DNA of 64,000 nucleotides, taken from NCBI GenBank assembly GCA_907165135.1, contig OU015567.1:992001-1056000 (forward strand). The letters run 5' to 3'. Both the position numbers and the translations under genes were made by a program. Shown in pieces: positions 60,969 through 64,000 of the stretch (its first letter is position 1; each line of letters opens with the position of its first letter). The notes under the pieces were generated by a model. The model had not been told where the DNA came from. It searched no databases and saw only the letters and a list, made by a program, of their open reading frames with translations. This DNA is from Oikopleura dioica (lineage: Eukaryota > Animalia > Chordata).

Positions 60969-61485
60969 ATGAAAGTCTTCGATTTTTCAATTTTTGCTGC
61001 ACGTAAGTTATCAAGATACAGAAGAAATGAAGTTTAAATTTGCAACCTTGTGCTCAAAGACCGAGAATATTGTCAAATTTGGGGGTGGCGTCAGGAAATT
61101 TCGACAAATTTTGCGTGTGCAGCTATTCAGCTTCTGATTGGTCGGTGAGCCAAAAGTAGGCTTCTGACTGGTTGAAGATTTCCAAGCGAAATTTGTCGGG
61201 ATTTTTCGTCGGTTCCTGACACCTCCTCAATTTGCGGAATATTTTTCAGAAAAAGATACAGTTAGGTATATAATAATATTTTCTTTAGTCGTTGAATGTT
61301 CTTTCGCCCAAGATTGGACCGATATGTTCAAAAAGCGTAACCTTCAAATCATGAGAAGAAACGGAATGCACGTGATGAGGCGAACCCCGGACCTGTTCAA
61401 CTTCGATCCTTCTGAATTTAGCTTCGTTCCCTCCGATCATTTCCCAGAAACAGAAGAAAACAAGCGAAATATGCACATTTTATGA
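60969..61485 (+). CDS. 76-aa secreted precursor with multiple dibasic sites (neuropeptide/peptide-hormone candidate)
   Basis: Exon 1 (60969-61002) and exon 2 (61289-61485) join in phase 1 (GT-AG): MKVFDFSIFAALVECSFA-QDWTDMF-KKR-NLQIM-RR-NGMHVM-RR-TPDLFNFDPSEFSFVPSDHFPETEEN-KR-NMHIL*. AATAAA lies about 50 nt downstream. Confidence 0.65.
61082..61228. mobile_element. Family-G MITE in the intron of the peptide precursor gene
   Basis: GGGGTGGCGTCAGG..TTTCGACAAATTTTGCGTG ... GTCGGTTCCTGACACCTCC; the TSD is degenerate. Confidence 0.8.
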
Positions 61486-62327
61486 AAATTTCTGTTGTTA
61501 AAAAATTATTTATATGTTCACTCAACCAAATTTTCAATAAAAAATCAAAAAGAAAAATTTCTAGAGAAATTGGAATTTCAAGTTTAATCCAAAAAAACCT
61601 CCGTCAAAATGCAAAGATGAGTACCGGAGACAGAAAACACGCTTTCTGCGACGGGTAACACAAAATTATACAAAAAAGTGAGCGCGCCGCTCAAATTCGT
61701 GCTTATCGCGGAAGAGCTACCGCGGAAGATTATTCTTTCGAAATTCAGAAACAAGCTGAATTGAACTTCTCAACAAGAGGATTCTTAAATCAATTGGTGG
61801 TTGAAGAGTTCGATTTCGATTCCTTAGAAATAGAGGTCACGAATTCCCGTGCTTAAAATCGACTGCAGATAAGGGCGTCACTTTGATATTTTTTTTCAGA
61901 ATTTTGGTTCGGCGCAGCTGTCTATAACCTCCCGTACCTCCTTAATTTAGGTATATTTCTGCCCCCAAATAAAGATTTTCGAATAGAAGAATGTTAAATC
62001 TTTCATACTAGTGTTAAAGAAGAGATACCCTTAACCCAGGTTTTTCATAATTTTGGTTCGCGCGAGACCCATTTTGTCAAATTTCGTAACGTTCAAAAAA
62101 GTACGATTCCTCGAGTACGGGCGAAAACGTCTCGCACGCAAAATTCAACGCGGTTTAGCGCGCCACCGCCGAGCACCATAAATACCGCACCACCACAGTT
62201 TCAGCCGCTACTCACATCTATTTTCGATCTCTGAAAAGGCGAAAAGTCAATAGTTTCAGAGTTTCACTAGAGAAAGAGTTTATTATTTCAGTTTGTTTTA
62301 TTTTTTGTCAATCGAAATCAACTAAAG

Positions 62328-63883
62328 ATGAAGGTTCTTGGATTTTTAGGAATGGCTAGAGAAAATCCATTTTGAGCACCATAATTGTCTCATCATCATT
62401 CGGCTTGAATATTTTTATTCTAGAGCCGAGGTCGGTCCCATTTGTCAATTTCATCAAGTATTTGGGTGTGTGAGAAAGTTTTAATGAATTAAAATTGAGT
62501 AAGAAAATTTTCACTGAAAGAATCTCAAGCCATAAAAGTCGCAAAAATTTTTGCCCAAGAAGGATCAGGAGACAACAATGACGCTGGTTGCCCAAATGAG
62601 AGCTGGGAATTCAACGGCGCTTCTTGCGTCCCAAAATCTTCAGAGTACAGCCTCACTTGTGACCCGATCAATGGAATGACCTTGTCGGTGAACTCGGGTG
62701 TTCTCTGGGAGAACGCTAGAATTCAGCAAGATTACAAAGGATCTTTTCTTCGAATAGGTATGTCGTTTTTACGAATAAATGTTTATTTTATTTAAATTTT
62801 TAAAATAAAAAGAAGAAGAAAAAATATAAATCAGAAATTTAAAATCAGAAAATTAGCACCATAATGAAATAACACACTCTCAATGCCCGATTTTATAATT
62901 TCATTTCTTGTTGTAATTCAACTTGAAATTATTCTTCCGCCTATATAATGCGTGTCAACCGGATTCTCTCTCTTTAATTTTTCAGACTTTTATATACCAT
63001 AAAAACTCACTTAGGCATGTGTGGTGGCCGCCGCGACGAGAACGGCCCCTTCGATTTCACCATCAACGCCGCTTGGGACTACTGCGGCCCGTCAAACGTC
63101 TACCACGACGAGTCCTCCGGCGAGATCGTCCTCTCCTTCACCGTTCTCGGCGACATCGACGCCATCACCAACGACGACGGCCTCCTCATGTCCCGCGCCC
63201 TTTCCTTCCAAGCAGAATGCGCGTTCAAAGATCACCTCGAAGTTTCGGAAACTTTCACAGCAGATCTTGGCGGAATGATGAGAAGGAATGTTTTAAATAT
63301 TTTCTTTAGTGAGCAATAATAGTGGAGGAGCATTTTTTCTTAAAATATCGAATAGTTACTTAAAATCATCAAGAACAAAATCTGGAGCTGTCAGAAAGGG
63401 AGATCAGAGCTTTGTCGACCTCTTCAGCTTGAATTTTTACGAAGATGGGGAGTTCACCAATGCTCTAGAAGAGCCAAAGGGAGTCATCGGTAAGTCAGAT
63501 TGTTCTCTTCATTATTGACCGAAATCTTAGGAAAACCTGCTTATGCAAAACTCAACGCTCAGCCCCTCCCCTCCGCCGTCGACTACCAAATCAGCAAATG
63601 CATCGTCAATGGACTAGACGATAGCTTCGAAGAAATTTCTTACGAAGTCGTTCAGGAAACTTGCGCTTCCGCCTTTGTCAATGCTCAAATTGAACAAAAC
63701 GGTAAGCGAAGCTCGAGTTCAAAGGAAAAGAATTAATTATTGAATTCAGGAAAGGGTCTTTCGTACGATGTCTTTGCCTTCGGCGAGAGCCCAGCTGCGA
63801 TGAGCCAATGGCTGACCTGCACGGTCAAACTCTGTGCGGACGAATGTCCCGAGCGGGAAGATTCTCCTTGTTCCTACGAATAA
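62328..63883 (+). CDS. Secreted ZP-domain protein (larvacean house/extracellular-matrix type)
   Basis: Signal MKVLGFL|AIKVAKIFA-Q, then CPNESWEFNGASC..TCDP..GMT, WDYCG..SFQAEC, FSLNFYED, YQISKC..CASAFVNA and SYDVFAF..LTCTVKLC (ZP-N/ZP-C Cys pattern). Two introns need GA donors; stop at 63881-63883. Confidence 0.8.
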
Positions 63884-64000
63884 CTTTTCTCTTCTTTTTC
63901 GATTTTCAGGTTAATAAATACAACTGTTTATTTTCTAAAATCATTGATTTCTTCTTCATTCAGCTAGAAATGAGCACGCAGAAAATCTTGTCTTCAAGTA

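Noticed and set aside
1-64000. Autonomous transposase, retroelement, rRNA or tRNA genes
   Set aside because: No DDE, RT or HUH motifs and no cloverleaf or rRNA signatures were recognisable by eye. Highly decayed remnants or tRNAs could be missed without RepeatMasker or tRNAscan-SE.

Overview
This window is eukaryotic and intron-rich, so the bacterial-style ORF track fragments almost every gene. Many 38-60 nt introns, several probable AG|GA..AG non-canonical introns, very tight gene packing, and ZP and Cys-rich secreted modules point to a larvacean tunicate (Oikopleura-like). That taxon assignment is inference. Genes I could rebuild by hand: an SLC22 transporter (runs off the left edge), two tandem VIT-vWA (VWA5A-like) paralogues, a CRIB/Borg-like protein, an acidic orphan, a pannexin-like channel, a motor-less protein with two dynein-stalk microtubule-binding-domain-like repeats, a two-PDZ protein, a low-complexity Gln/Ser protein, a disrupted Cys-rich secreted gene, a mucin-like type I membrane protein, a CUB protein, a small dibasic-site-rich secreted precursor (neuropeptide candidate) and a ZP-domain protein. 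Non-coding DNA is packed with non-autonomous DNA transposons (MITEs) whose ends and target-site duplications (TSDs) resemble hAT, Tc1/mariner, piggyBac, Kolobok and Merlin elements, sometimes nested three deep. No transposase was found. There are also 10-bp and 22-bp minisatellites, a telomeric-repeat foldback, and about 50 (eye count) AAGCCGC-N2-5-GCGGCTT palindromes concentrated at 19.5-34 kb. I see no rRNA, tRNA or CRISPR array. All gene models are manual and unverified by transcripts; family names come from motif recognition, not database searches.
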